Assembly (NCBI GenBank): GCA_937864235.1
Contig: CALMJI010000014.1
Location: 5,769-69,768 of the forward strand
DNA from: an uncultured bacterium
Lineage (GTDB): Bacteria; Patescibacteriota; Minisyncoccia; SW-4-49-11
Length of the DNA: 64,000 bases
Direction of reading: 5' to 3'
A program made the position numbers and the translations under genes. Of this stretch, positions 39,633-49,256 are shown piece after piece. Positions within the stretch are counted from its first letter, which is position 1. The number at the start of each line of letters is the position of its first letter. Under the pieces are notes generated by a model. It was given only the letters and a program-made list of their open reading frames with translations. It made no database searches and had not been told where the DNA came from.

Positions 39633-41154
39633 AAGATGTCTTTTCTCTATATTGTAAAGCTTCGGCAATATGATTGATTGTGATTGAGCTTGAATTAGAT
39701 AAATCAGCTATAGTACGGGAAATTTTTAGTATTCTATTATAGGCTCGGGCGGATAAATTCATCTTATTGACTGCTTGAGATAATAATTGCTGTGATGGTT
39801 TATCCAAAATACAAATTTCTTGGATTTGTTTGATATTCATTGAACTATTGGTTTTGATATTCCAATCTTTAAATCTTTGTCTTTGAACTTCTCTTGCCTT
39901 TTCTACTCTTTTTCGAATTTCCTTTGAGGATTCTTCTAAAACTTCGGATGACTGAATTAGCTCTTCAGTTTTGACTTTTTCTATATTAATAATCATATCT
40001 ATTCTATCTAAAAGTGGGCCTGAGATTTTTTGCTGATATCTTACAATTTGAGCTTGGGAGCAAATACATTCTCTATCATTATCCGTAAGATAACCACAAG
40101 GACAGGGGTTTTGACTAGCAATAAGCATAAAATCTGCTGGGAAAGTGAGCGAACCTTGAGCTCGTGAAATTGTAATAATTCTATCTTCCAAAGGTTGTCT
40201 CAAACTTTCTAAAACTAATCTTGGAAATTCTGGAAATTCATCCATATATAAGACACCTCGGTGAGATAGACTAATTTCTCCCGGTTTTGGAAAACTCCCT
40301 CCACCGATTAAAGAAATTGAAGATGCTGTATGATGTGGTGCTCTAAATGGTCGGCTAGTTATAAGTGGTTGTTCAGAATTTAAATTACCAGCAATACTAT
40401 AAAGCTGAGATACTTCCAAAACCTCTTCTCTATCCATCATTGGTAAAATAGTTGGGATTGTCCTAGATAATAAAGTTTTACCGGCTCCCGGAGGACCTGT
40501 CATCAAAACATTATGTCCACCAGCCGCCGCAATTTCCAAAGCTCTTTTGGCTAATTTTTGACCACGAATATATGCCATATCTATATCACTAATATGAGCG
40601 GTAGGGATATAGTCATATTTGGGAGTGGATTGTATTGTTGTTTGCACTTTTGGGTCAAAATGGTCAATAATTTCTTGAATATGCTTAATAGCCAGAATAT
40701 TAACTCCCTCCACTAGAGAAGCTTCTTTAGCATTATTAGCTGGGATAATTAAATTAGGGATATTATTTTCTTTAGCATAAACCGTAATTGGTAAAATTCC
40801 CTGTACGGCTCTAATAGATCCATCTAAGCCTAATTCTCCTAGTATAATATAATCTTTTTCTGGAAATTGTATTAATTCTAAAGCTTTGAGAATTGCAATA
40901 GCCATTGGCAAATCATAGGCTGTACCAATTTTTTTGACTTCAGCTGGAGCAAGATTCAAAACAAATCTTTTCTGTGGCAAAATAATACCACTATTTTTAA
41001 GTCCTAATCTAATTCTCTCTTTAGCCTCATTGATAGCTGTATCTGGAAGTCCAACAATAGTAATTCCAGGTAAACCCTGAGTCATATCTACCTCAATCTC
41101 TATTTTCTGACCATTCAGACCAAGAGTTGAAGCTGACTGTACTCTGGATAACAT
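39631..41154 (-). CDS. YifB/ComM family Mg-chelatase-like AAA+ ATPase
   Basis: Lon-like N-domain, Walker A 'GPPGAGKT', 'LLDRIDMIINIEKV', C-terminal ChlI region; 507 aa. Confidence 0.75.
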   Translation of the reverse strand: MLSRVQSASTLGLNGQKIEIEVDMTQGLPGITIVGLPDTAINEAKERIRLGLKNSGIILPQKRFVLNLAPAEVKKIGTAYDLPMAIAILKALELIQFPEKDYIILGELGLDGSIRAVQGILPITVYAKENNIPNLIIPANNAKEASLVEGVNILAIKHIQEIIDHFDPKVQTTIQSTPKYDYIPTAHISDIDMAYIRGQKLAKRALEIAAAGGHNVLMTGPPGAGKTLLSRTIPTILPMMDREEVLEVSQLYSIAGNLNSEQPLITSRPFRAPHHTASSISLIGGGSFPKPGEISLSHRGVLYMDEFPEFPRLVLESLRQPLEDRIITISRAQGSLTFPADFMLIASQNPCPCGYLTDNDRECICSQAQIVRYQQKISGPLLDRIDMIINIEKVKTEELIQSSEVLEESSKEIRKRVEKAREVQRQRFKDWNIKTNSSMNIKQIQEICILDKPSQQLLSQAVNKMNLSARAYNRILKISRTIADLSNSSSITINHIAEALQYREKTS

Positions 41155-41158
41155 ATTT

Positions 41159-42268
41159 TTAATCCCGAATAGGCATTATAAGATAATAGAAGTCGGGAGT
41201 CTCGGAGCTTTTGATAATAACCGGAGAATCAGTATCATTGAGATGGAATTGTATAGCACCTTCTTTGAATAACTGAATACCATCTAAGAGATAATTATAG
41301 TTAAAAGTAATTGTGAGTCCAGTGTCTCCTGTACTATGAACAGGGATTTTGGTTTTATTAGATCCTGTTTGAGAATCTGAAGAGCTTACATTTAGATTTT
41401 TGTCGTCTTGCAAGTTTAATTTCACATCATTGACGGCATTTTGAGAAAAAACAGATGCTAATTTGATAGCTTGTACCAATTCTTGACTATCACAATCAAA
41501 AGTTGTTCTAAAAGATTGTGGAATTAATCCCTCATATTGTGGAAAATTACCGTCAATTAATTTGGATATAATCTCGACAGTATCAGCCAATAATTTAATT
41601 TGGGATGAACCAAATTGAAAAGTAACTTCAGTTTCCTCAATAGTATCCAAAACTCTAATCATCTCAGCTACAGTTTTGCTAGGAATAATTACTGAAAAAT
41701 CACTGCCTTCTAAATTATTTAGATTGAATTTTTTTTCACTCAATCGAAATCCATCAGTTCCCACAAAGACTAATTGATTTCCTTTTTTGGCTAGATAAAC
41801 ACCAGAAATTTCAGGACGAAACTCATTTCTTGGTAACGATCCATATACAGTTTTCAACCCTTGTTTCAAATCATTACTATTAATAGATATTTGATTCTCT
41901 ACTTCTATTTCTGGTAAATTAGGAAAGTCCTCAGCAATAATTCCTTTGAATTGAGCTGAGATATCATCACCTTGCTCTACAGTTAATTCATCATTCACAA
42001 CACTCAAATTAAGTTTATCCTGTGGCAAGTTCCTAATATAGGCTAATAATGTATCTTGAGGGATACAAATTGCCCCCTCTGAATCTTCTTTACCCCGAAT
42101 ATGGACTCTGATACCAATTTCAAGATTAGTAGAGGTTATAGTTAGAGATCCTTGCTTTCCTTGTAATAAAAAGGTTTGTAAAATTGGTAAAGTTGTAGCT
42201 CGAGAAGAACTTTGACGAGCAATATTTAATCCTTTTAAAAGATTTTCTTGCAAACAGGTAAATTTCAT
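41159..42268 (-). CDS. dnaN: DNA polymerase III subunit beta (sliding clamp)
   Basis: 369 aa, three-domain clamp architecture, located immediately downstream of dnaA. Confidence 0.8.
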   Translation of the reverse strand: MKFTCLQENLLKGLNIARQSSSRATTLPILQTFLLQGKQGSLTITSTNLEIGIRVHIRGKEDSEGAICIPQDTLLAYIRNLPQDKLNLSVVNDELTVEQGDDISAQFKGIIAEDFPNLPEIEVENQISINSNDLKQGLKTVYGSLPRNEFRPEISGVYLAKKGNQLVFVGTDGFRLSEKKFNLNNLEGSDFSVIIPSKTVAEMIRVLDTIEETEVTFQFGSSQIKLLADTVEIISKLIDGNFPQYEGLIPQSFRTTFDCDSQELVQAIKLASVFSQNAVNDVKLNLQDDKNLNVSSSDSQTGSNKTKIPVHSTGDTGLTITFNYNYLLDGIQLFKEGAIQFHLNDTDSPVIIKSSETPDFYYLIMPIRD

Positions 42269-42429
42269 ATCTTATCTATCTTAAACTATACTATAATTAT
42301 ACCTTGAATAAACTTTTTTTACTAGATTTGTATTTTTGTTCTTTTTTTATTATATATATAATAGTAGATAATAGTGTCTGTGGAAAAGCTGAAAACTACT
42401 TTTTAGTAGCATAAATACACGATGTCAAG

Positions 42430-42574
42430 TGTGGATAATATTTGGGATAAGTGTTTGTAAAGTTTGGGGATAAATAAACTTGATATTGAAGTCTGTGGAT
42501 TACTTTGAATTTATACACAATTTTATTCACATAAAAAGTGTAATTTTGGATAACTTATACACAGGTTATACACA
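42430..42574. promoter_or_regulatory. DnaA-box cluster in the dnaA-dnaN intergenic region (candidate oriC)
   Basis: Perfect TGTGGATAA (42430..42438). One-mismatch boxes tgtggatta (42494..42502) and ttatacaca at 42511, 42555 and 42566, within a 400-bp AT-rich spacer. Confidence 0.5.
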
Positions 42575-42668
42575 ATGGGTGTTTTAAAATTATTATGAGT
42601 TATAAAATATTATCCTCCAAAGGGAGACAAAAACACAAATCAAAATTTATTAAAAAACAACTCTATCC

Positions 42669-44108
42669 CTAAGAATTTTTAGGGTTTTCTTCATTATACA
42701 GTTTATTTTTAATCATCGCTATATCTTGTTCTAGAGTATAATTGGAGACTAAATCTTTTTTGATCTTATTCCAAGCATGCATAACTGTGCTGTGATCTTT
42801 GCCACCCAAAGCTTCTCCAATATTAGGAAAGGTTAATTTTAATTCTTCTCGAATCAAATACATAGTAATTTGTCTTGGTACCGCAATATCTTTTTTACGG
42901 CTTTTGGATAAAATATCTTCTTTTTTAATATGAAAATGTTCAGCTACAATATTCAAAATTGTATCAGTATTGACAATTCTCTGAGAGTGAATTTGTCCTC
43001 CTTCAATCAATTTATCTACTAATTCAGGAGTAATTTGAGTATTTAATAATTGCACTCTAGCAATAATTTTATTCAAAGCACCTTCTAATTCACGGACATT
43101 GCTTTTGATTCTCTCGGCAATAACATAAATAATCTCATCGTCTAAATCAAAATGTTTTTGAATACATTTACTTTTCAAAATAGCTACTCTAGTCTCAAAT
43201 TCAGGAATAGCTACATCCACAATCATCCCTCCTTCAAAACGAGATTTCAATCTATCATTAAGAGTCTTAATAGCACTAGGAGGTCTATCGCTAGTAAATA
43301 CAATTTGTTTATTATGAGCATATAATTCATTAAAAGTATTAAATACTTCATATTGAGTAGCTTCTTTCCCACCAATAAATTGAATATCGTCAATTATAAG
43401 CAAATCTACAGCTCTATGGCGAGCTTTAAAATCATCCATTTTCCCATTTTTGAGAGAATTCATCAAATCTGAGATAAAGATATCCGAAGTCACATATAGT
43501 ATATTTTTATTATTTTTAGCTAATTTATTAGCAATAGCTTGAATCAAATGAGTTTTACCCAAACCAACTCCACCATAGATAAACAGAGGATTATATCTAG
43601 TTCCAGGTTCATTAGCTACCGACTGAGCAGCCGCATGAGCCAGCTCATTGGAAGATCCCACAATAAAGTTTTCAAAAGTGTAATTTTCTTTCAAAAGAGA
43701 AGTTCCATTTGGTCTTTGAGGCTGTACAAAATTATTCCCAGACTCAGAATTAAAGCCACCATTAGATATAGATGTGGCAGATAAAGCTTCTTTTTGAGAC
43801 TGTAACTCTTGATCCTTTAGATTAATAACTGATTTTATAGATTTGGAATTAGTCTTTTGATTATTCTGAACTACATATCTAACCCTTTTAACAGAGCCAG
43901 TAATTTTTTGAATAGAATTAAGAATAGTAAGATTGAATTTATTCTCTAGCCAATTACGAGTAAAAGCACTAGGTACGCAAATTACAATCTCAATCTCATC
44001 CATACTAATAGGATAAGTATTTTTGATCCAAGTATTGAATTGAGGCTTACTAATATTAAGCTCTATCTCTCCTAATACTGAATTCCAAACTCTTTGTTTC
44101 TCGTCCAT
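42669..44108 (-). CDS. dnaA: Chromosomal replication initiator protein DnaA
   Basis: AAA+ Walker A 'GGVGLGKTHL' and C-terminal DNA-binding domain 'IAMIKNKL'; 479 aa. Confidence 0.9.
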   Translation of the reverse strand: MDEKQRVWNSVLGEIELNISKPQFNTWIKNTYPISMDEIEIVICVPSAFTRNWLENKFNLTILNSIQKITGSVKRVRYVVQNNQKTNSKSIKSVINLKDQELQSQKEALSATSISNGGFNSESGNNFVQPQRPNGTSLLKENYTFENFIVGSSNELAHAAAQSVANEPGTRYNPLFIYGGVGLGKTHLIQAIANKLAKNNKNILYVTSDIFISDLMNSLKNGKMDDFKARHRAVDLLIIDDIQFIGGKEATQYEVFNTFNELYAHNKQIVFTSDRPPSAIKTLNDRLKSRFEGGMIVDVAIPEFETRVAILKSKCIQKHFDLDDEIIYVIAERIKSNVRELEGALNKIIARVQLLNTQITPELVDKLIEGGQIHSQRIVNTDTILNIVAEHFHIKKEDILSKSRKKDIAVPRQITMYLIREELKLTFPNIGEALGGKDHSTVMHAWNKIKKDLVSNYTLEQDIAMIKNKLYNEENPKNS

Positions 44109-44139
44109 TGCAATCGTCTAATTGATGATGTTTATAAAC

Positions 44140-44148
44140 TGTGGATAA
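44140..44148. promoter_or_regulatory. DnaA box in the dnaA promoter region
   Basis: Perfect TGTGGATAA 32 nt upstream of the dnaA start. Confidence 0.4.
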
Positions 44149-44286
44149 GTTAATTCCATTATACTCTATTAGAGAATTTTTGCAATAATATAACAAAACA
44201 TATAGCATAAATATAACAAAAAACACACTTTTCACTTTTATTTCACTTTTGAGCATTAAAGAAAAAACCCCATCCGAAGATGGGTG

Positions 44287-44616
44287 TTAGTAGTTAAAGT
44301 ACATGATTTTTCCATAAATCATAATATATCTCGAATTTCTACCTATGTGTAAAGGCACACAAACCGTACCACTCTCAGAAACCTGTATATGATTTTTATT
44401 TACATTATCATAACCCAGAGCTTCTAGTTTTGAGTATAACTCTTCTATTGTTAGGGATGTCCTAATAAGAAGTTCTATAATTTTTTCATCATTATCATAC
44501 TCAACTTGATTGAGAGCAAATCTTTTTGCAAGTTTAGGCATGGGAAAATTTATTATAGCTGATAGAACTTGAAACTCTTGATCTGGAGAAGGTTTTTTAG
44601 AAAGAACTGATGACAT
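44287..44616 (-). CDS. Hypothetical protein
   Basis: 109-aa ORF upstream of dnaA; no motif recognised. Confidence 0.25.
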   Translation of the reverse strand: MSSVLSKKPSPDQEFQVLSAIINFPMPKLAKRFALNQVEYDNDEKIIELLIRTSLTIEELYSKLEALGYDNVNKNHIQVSESGTVCVPLHIGRNSRYIMIYGKIMYFNY

Positions 44617-44675
44617 AGTTACCTCAAACTTGCAAACTCAACCATAACACAAAAACAAGAATTTAGCAAGTTGGT

Positions 44676-44900
44676 GTACGAGATGAGGTAATCGTCGACA
44701 AAAGAGATTGTATACATTACTAGTCTACTAACATTAAGTTCCGATAGTAGTTGTCCTCCTTTGGAGGAGGTGGCACCGTAGGTGACGGAGGAGGACAAGA
44801 TATCAAGATTATATTTAATATAATAGAATAATATTAATCTTTAAAATATATAGTCCACACCCACCACCTCGTGGTCCCCCCTCGCCAGCGAGGGACATAA
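44676..44900. repeat. GC-rich modular hairpin repeat, copy R6 (with AT-rich 5' leader)
   Basis: gtacgagatgaggtaatcgtcgacaaaagagat leader, then gtcctcctttggaggaggtggcaccgtaggtgacggaggaggacaag, then cccctcgccagcgagggac. Confidence 0.6.
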
Positions 44901-45012
44901 TATAATAGTTACTCAATTCCAAATATTTTCTATGATATCCTAATCTCGTACAAAACCTTGACTTTATATCTAATATGAGGTATAATGTTGTTTAATTATG
45001 TATTTATAGATT

Positions 45013-45147
45013 ATGGTAAAAGGAGCTGCAAGTAAGAATCGTAAAAGAAATCGCCGTCACGGATTTTTATCTCGTATGGCTACCAAAGCAGGTAGAGCTG
45101 TGATAAATCGCCGAAGAGCTAGAGGAAGAGCTAAACTTTCTGTTTAA
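45013..45147 (+). CDS. rpmH: 50S ribosomal protein L34
   Basis: Manual translation [44 protein letters not shown] (44 aa). It is below the ORF-track length cutoff; the classic rpmH-rnpA-yidC arrangement lies divergent from dnaA. Confidence 0.8.
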   Translation: MVKGAASKNRKRNRRHGFLSRMATKAGRAVINRRRARGRAKLSV

Positions 45148-45177
45148 TTTTTATAGGATTTAAAATTAATATTTTTA

Positions 45178-45495
45178 ATGCAAAGGCTTCATCAGTCATC
45201 AGACATAGCCGCAATGTTTGCTCAGATAAAACCTCAATATCTGGATAACTTTCAGATATATTGTATAAAAAATAATTTACTAGATCATAGAGTGGGAGTA
45301 ATTATTGCCAAAAAACATATTCCCTTAGCCGTGGATAGAAATTGTCTCAAAAGACAAATTCGAGAACTATGTCGACGAAATTTGATTACAAAAAGCAATA
45401 AATATGATATACTAGTACTAGTTAGGACTAAAATTACCACTAGTAAAGCTAATTTTTTATCTCAACTTAATAATTATATTAATAATTTAACTTAA
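45178..45495 (+). CDS. rnpA: Ribonuclease P protein component
   Basis: 'AVDRNCLKRQIRE' RnpA motif; follows rpmH. Confidence 0.7.
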   Translation: MQRLHQSSDIAAMFAQIKPQYLDNFQIYCIKNNLLDHRVGVIIAKKHIPLAVDRNCLKRQIRELCRRNLITKSNKYDILVLVRTKITTSKANFLSQLNNYINNLT

Positions 45496-45505
45496 AAAAT
45501 CTGTT

Positions 45506-46270
45506 ATGGGATGGCTATTCAATGAATTACTATATCGACCATTATTTAATTCTATGGTGTTTTTTTATAACACTATTCCGGGAGCTAATATTGGTTTAGC
45601 AGTCATTCTAACTACACTAGTAGTTAGAATACTTATGATACCTCTATATAGGGCTAGTATCAAAAGTCAAAGAGAAATGACAATAATTCAACCAATTGTT
45701 AAGGAATTGCAGACCAAATATAAAGATGATAGACAAAAACTATCCGAGGAAATGCTAAAAGCTTACAAAGAGCATAATGTTAATCCTTTTGCTGGAATTT
45801 TATTGTTATTTGTACAAATTCCAGTTTTAATAGCTATTTATCAGGTGTCTTTGAATATTTTTAAACCAGAAACTTACCCTGCTTTATACTCTTTTATAAC
45901 CCTACCAGAGAATTTTGATCCTAATTTTTTTGGATTATTGAATGTCGCAGATGCTAGAAATATTATCTTAGCTCTTATTGTTGGAATATCTCAGTATTAT
46001 CAGATTAAGCTTATAATGAAGCGAAATCAACCTGCTAAGCCAAAAGATACTAAGAAATCTAAAAATAAAAAATCAAAGCAACCAGAAGAGCCAGATTTTG
46101 CTACCACTCTTAATAAACAAATGTTATTCTTGATGCCAATTTTGGTAACTATTTTTGCCTATTCTTTCCCAGCCGCTATGAGTTTATATTGGATTACTAC
46201 AACTTTATTTACCATAGGACAGGAATTTATCTTAATCAAACAAGTAGATAAGGCTGAGGGAATCAAATAA
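45506..46270 (+). CDS. yidC: Membrane protein insertase YidC (short form)
   Basis: 254 aa, five TM helices; 'LVVRILMIPL' and conserved C-terminal helices; follows rnpA. Confidence 0.7.
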   Translation: MGWLFNELLYRPLFNSMVFFYNTIPGANIGLAVILTTLVVRILMIPLYRASIKSQREMTIIQPIVKELQTKYKDDRQKLSEEMLKAYKEHNVNPFAGILLLFVQIPVLIAIYQVSLNIFKPETYPALYSFITLPENFDPNFFGLLNVADARNIILALIVGISQYYQIKLIMKRNQPAKPKDTKKSKNKKSKQPEEPDFATTLNKQMLFLMPILVTIFAYSFPAAMSLYWITTTLFTIGQEFILIKQVDKAEGIK

Positions 46271-46279
46271 TTCTCGCTT

Positions 46280-47707
46280 ATGACTTTGAATAAAAAATTA
46301 GCTCTGAATAGTGTTATCCAGATTTTGGGTAAATTTGTGATGATTGGAGTTGGTTTTGTGTCTATTTTTATCTTAACTTATTTTTTAGGAGTTGAGGGTT
46401 TTGGAGCTTATACTACGATTACAAATTATCTAATTATAGCTACAGTCTTGGCTGAATTTGGTTTTAATGCTCTATTAACTACCGAAATTGCAGGTAAAAA
46501 TGAAAAGCAAATATCTCATATAGTTAATAATTTATTCACCTTTAGATTGGTGATGGCGATTTTGGTAATTGGTATGATTGCCTCTACTTCGGTTTGGTTA
46601 ATCCCAGCTTATACAGTAGAAATTAAGACTTTAGTGGCTTTGGGAGCGATTGGATCGATTGGGGCTTCTTTGTCTCAAGTAGTGATTGGAGTTTTTCAGA
46701 CCAAACTTCGTACAGATAGAATCACAATTGGAGATTTTTTGGCTAGAATTACCTTGATGTTGGGAGTTTTAGCTTTGGCTCTAATTGGGCAGGTGAATTT
46801 GTTTTGGGTTATGGTCTGGTATAGTGTGTCTGGCATTGTACAAGCTATATTTATGATTTCAGCTACTTATAAATATTATCCAATTAGATTAAGTATAGAC
46901 TGGACTTATTGGAAAAGTATTATAAAAAAAGCTTTACCCCTATTTGTAATTATTACCTTTAATCTAATTTATTATCGCATAGATACCGTGATGTTGTCAG
47001 TGATGAAAGATCAGACCGCAGTCGGACTTTATGGTATATCTTATAAAATCTTAGAGATACTGATTGCTATTCCAGGGATGTTTATGGGCTTATTATTACC
47101 ACTATTTACTAAATATTATCTACAAGATAAGGCTAGATTTCAGCATATTTTTCAACAAGCCTTTAATATTCTAGTTAGTGTGGCTGTACCTTTGGCGGTA
47201 GCAGGGATATTGCTATCTACTCAAATTCTAGCACTTTTTGGACAAGATTTTACACCAGCTACTAGTACCTTACAAGTTTTATTCATCGGGATTGGGTTTA
47301 TATTCCTTGGTAATCTTATGGGACATATTCTAATAAGTGCGGAATTACAAAGTAAAAGTATGTATATTGCAATTATGGGAGCTTTATTCAATGTATGCCT
47401 AAACCTTTATCTAATCCCAAAATATTCTTATTTAGGAGCAGCTACAGCTACAGCGATCACAGAAGGTTTGGTATTATTAAGTTATATTTATCTTGTTCGC
47501 AAACATATAAAATATTTCCCAAAATTACAATTTATACATTTAATTACTATCTTAGCAACTACTTTGATGGGACTTGCTATATACTTTAGCTCAAGCTGGA
47601 ATGTATTCTTGCAGACAATTTTGGCAATAGTGGTATTTGGGTTAGTTATATTACCTCTAGGAGTCAAGAGATTAAAACAATATTATGCCATCAATATTCA
47701 AGAATAA
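46280..47707 (+). CDS. Polysaccharide biosynthesis protein / oligosaccharide flippase (MOP/Wzx-like)
   Basis: 475 aa, about 12-14 TM helices, N-terminal 'LNSVIQILGKFVMIGVGFVSIFILTYFLGVEGFGAY' typical of Wzx/MurJ-like flippases. Confidence 0.6.
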   Translation: MTLNKKLALNSVIQILGKFVMIGVGFVSIFILTYFLGVEGFGAYTTITNYLIIATVLAEFGFNALLTTEIAGKNEKQISHIVNNLFTFRLVMAILVIGMIASTSVWLIPAYTVEIKTLVALGAIGSIGASLSQVVIGVFQTKLRTDRITIGDFLARITLMLGVLALALIGQVNLFWVMVWYSVSGIVQAIFMISATYKYYPIRLSIDWTYWKSIIKKALPLFVIITFNLIYYRIDTVMLSVMKDQTAVGLYGISYKILEILIAIPGMFMGLLLPLFTKYYLQDKARFQHIFQQAFNILVSVAVPLAVAGILLSTQILALFGQDFTPATSTLQVLFIGIGFIFLGNLMGHILISAELQSKSMYIAIMGALFNVCLNLYLIPKYSYLGAATATAITEGLVLLSYIYLVRKHIKYFPKLQFIHLITILATTLMGLAIYFSSSWNVFLQTILAIVVFGLVILPLGVKRLKQYYAINIQE

Positions 47708-48473
47708 AAAAATATCTTTTATAATAGTTTCTTATAAAAGTAAAAAATTCTTAACAGATTGTGTGAATTCAATTATTAAATATACCTCTGGAGAGTATGA
47801 AATTGTTATTGTAGACAATAATTCAGGGGAAAATTTAGATGAAATTCAAAACTTATCCACATCTAAAATTAAAATTATATATTCTCAAAAAAATGCCGGA
47901 TTTGGCTCTGGGGTGAATCTAGGAGCTACTCAAGCTACAGGAGATTGGCTATGTATAATTAACCCAGACACACGAATACAAGGAGATATCCACACATTAT
48001 CCACAATTGACAAAAACACTAAGCTGATTGGTCTGGCTCTAGTCAATCAAGAAAATCAAATTCAGGCTTATCAGTATGGAGACTTCCCTACTCCCAAGAG
48101 TATAATTAGTAATAGGGCTAAAAAACAATGGCAAAACCCAACACAAGAGACAATATCCACTGATTGGATTAGTGGAGGCTCAATTTGTATAGAGGCAAAA
48201 CTTTTCCAAGAGCTCGGAGGATTTGATGAGAGATTTTTTATGTATTATGAGGATATAGACTTATGCTATCGAGCTAAACAAGCCGGACATCAAGCTTATT
48301 GGACACAACAGGTTACAATTTGGCATTATGAAGGCGGCTCCGAGAGTAGAATTATAAATACCAAAAAAAGATATTACAAATCCCAAAGACAATACATAGC
48401 TAAGTGGTATGGTCAAATCTGGACAATATTGCTGTACCCCTTGCATTTGATACAGTTGGTGAGACTAAAATAA
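47685..48473 (+). CDS. Family 2 glycosyltransferase
   Basis: 'ISFIIVSYKS...YEIVIVDNNSGEN' GT-A N-terminus and DxD-type 'YYEDIDLCYRA'. Confidence 0.65.
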   Translation: MPSIFKNKKISFIIVSYKSKKFLTDCVNSIIKYTSGEYEIVIVDNNSGENLDEIQNLSTSKIKIIYSQKNAGFGSGVNLGATQATGDWLCIINPDTRIQGDIHTLSTIDKNTKLIGLALVNQENQIQAYQYGDFPTPKSIISNRAKKQWQNPTQETISTDWISGGSICIEAKLFQELGGFDERFFMYYEDIDLCYRAKQAGHQAYWTQQVTIWHYEGGSESRIINTKKRYYKSQRQYIAKWYGQIWTILLYPLHLIQLVRLK

Positions 48474-48475
48474 AT

Positions 48476-48640
48476 TGTCCTCCTTTACCTGCCTACCGCA
48501 GGCAGGCGAAGGGGGACAAAATAAACTGTCCTCCCTTGGGGGAGCTTTAAGTCCCTCCTATATTTATTTAGGAGGTGGGTGGCACCGCAAGGTGACGGAG
48601 GAGGACAAGCTGGAGACCTTTTAGGAGTCCCTCCTAAAAT
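48476..48640. repeat. GC-rich modular hairpin repeat, copy R7
   Basis: gtcctcctttacctgcctaccgcaggcagg..gtcctcccttggggg..ggagg..ggcaccgcaaggtgacggaggaggacaag. An inverted, near-identical copy lies at 58353..58495. Confidence 0.6.
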
Positions 48641-48721
48641 ATTCACAAAACCCTTTACAAAAAAACTTAAGTAATGATAAAATAAAAAAGTAGTCTTTAT
48701 GAGTACTACAATTCATATTTT

Positions 48722-48768
48722 GTTTGGGAACTGAGTGTTTAATTGAAGCCTTTACACTCAGTTCTTTT
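48722..48768 (+). terminator. Intrinsic terminator downstream of flippase/GT2 genes
   Basis: aactgagtgt/acactcagtt 10-bp stem followed by ctttttttg. Confidence 0.45.
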
Positions 48769-48924
48769 TTTGTTCAAGATAATAATGATTTTGCTAAGGT
48801 AAAGAAAAAGCTCGAGTCATTGCTCGAGCTTTCACAATGATCACCAGAGTTAGACTCTGGATCGGTGGGTAACTCCAAAAGCAATATAATAATATAAGAA
48901 TATTTTGCTTTTGTCGATACAATG

Positions 48925-49105
48925 TACGAGATGAGGTAATCGTCGACAAAAGGGATAGATACATTACTAAACTAATAACAGTAAATTGGATAGTAATTGT
49001 CCTCCTTTGGAGGAGGTGGCACGGAGTGCTGGAGGTGGATTGAGTTCTAGTTTATGTTTTATCCACCCTCCCCCTACGGGTACTCCCTCCTAAGGGAGAC
49101 AAAAT
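48925..49105. repeat. GC-rich modular hairpin repeat, copy R8 (with AT-rich 5' leader), upstream of mod
   Basis: gtacgagatgaggtaatcgtcgacaaaagggatagatacattactaaactaataacagtaaattgg leader, then gtcctcctttggaggaggtggcacggagtgctggaggtggat..atccaccc and cgggtactccctcctaagggag. Confidence 0.6.
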
Positions 49106-49256
49106 TAAGAACTCTTTTTATAACCATATAAACTACTTTCATGTGTCACCTATAAAAGTAACAACTTATATACGATGTATCTCATCTTATTCATACAACC
49201 CCTATTTTTTTATCTAAAAAATTGATATAATTTAGCTAAAGATATATATTAGTTTT

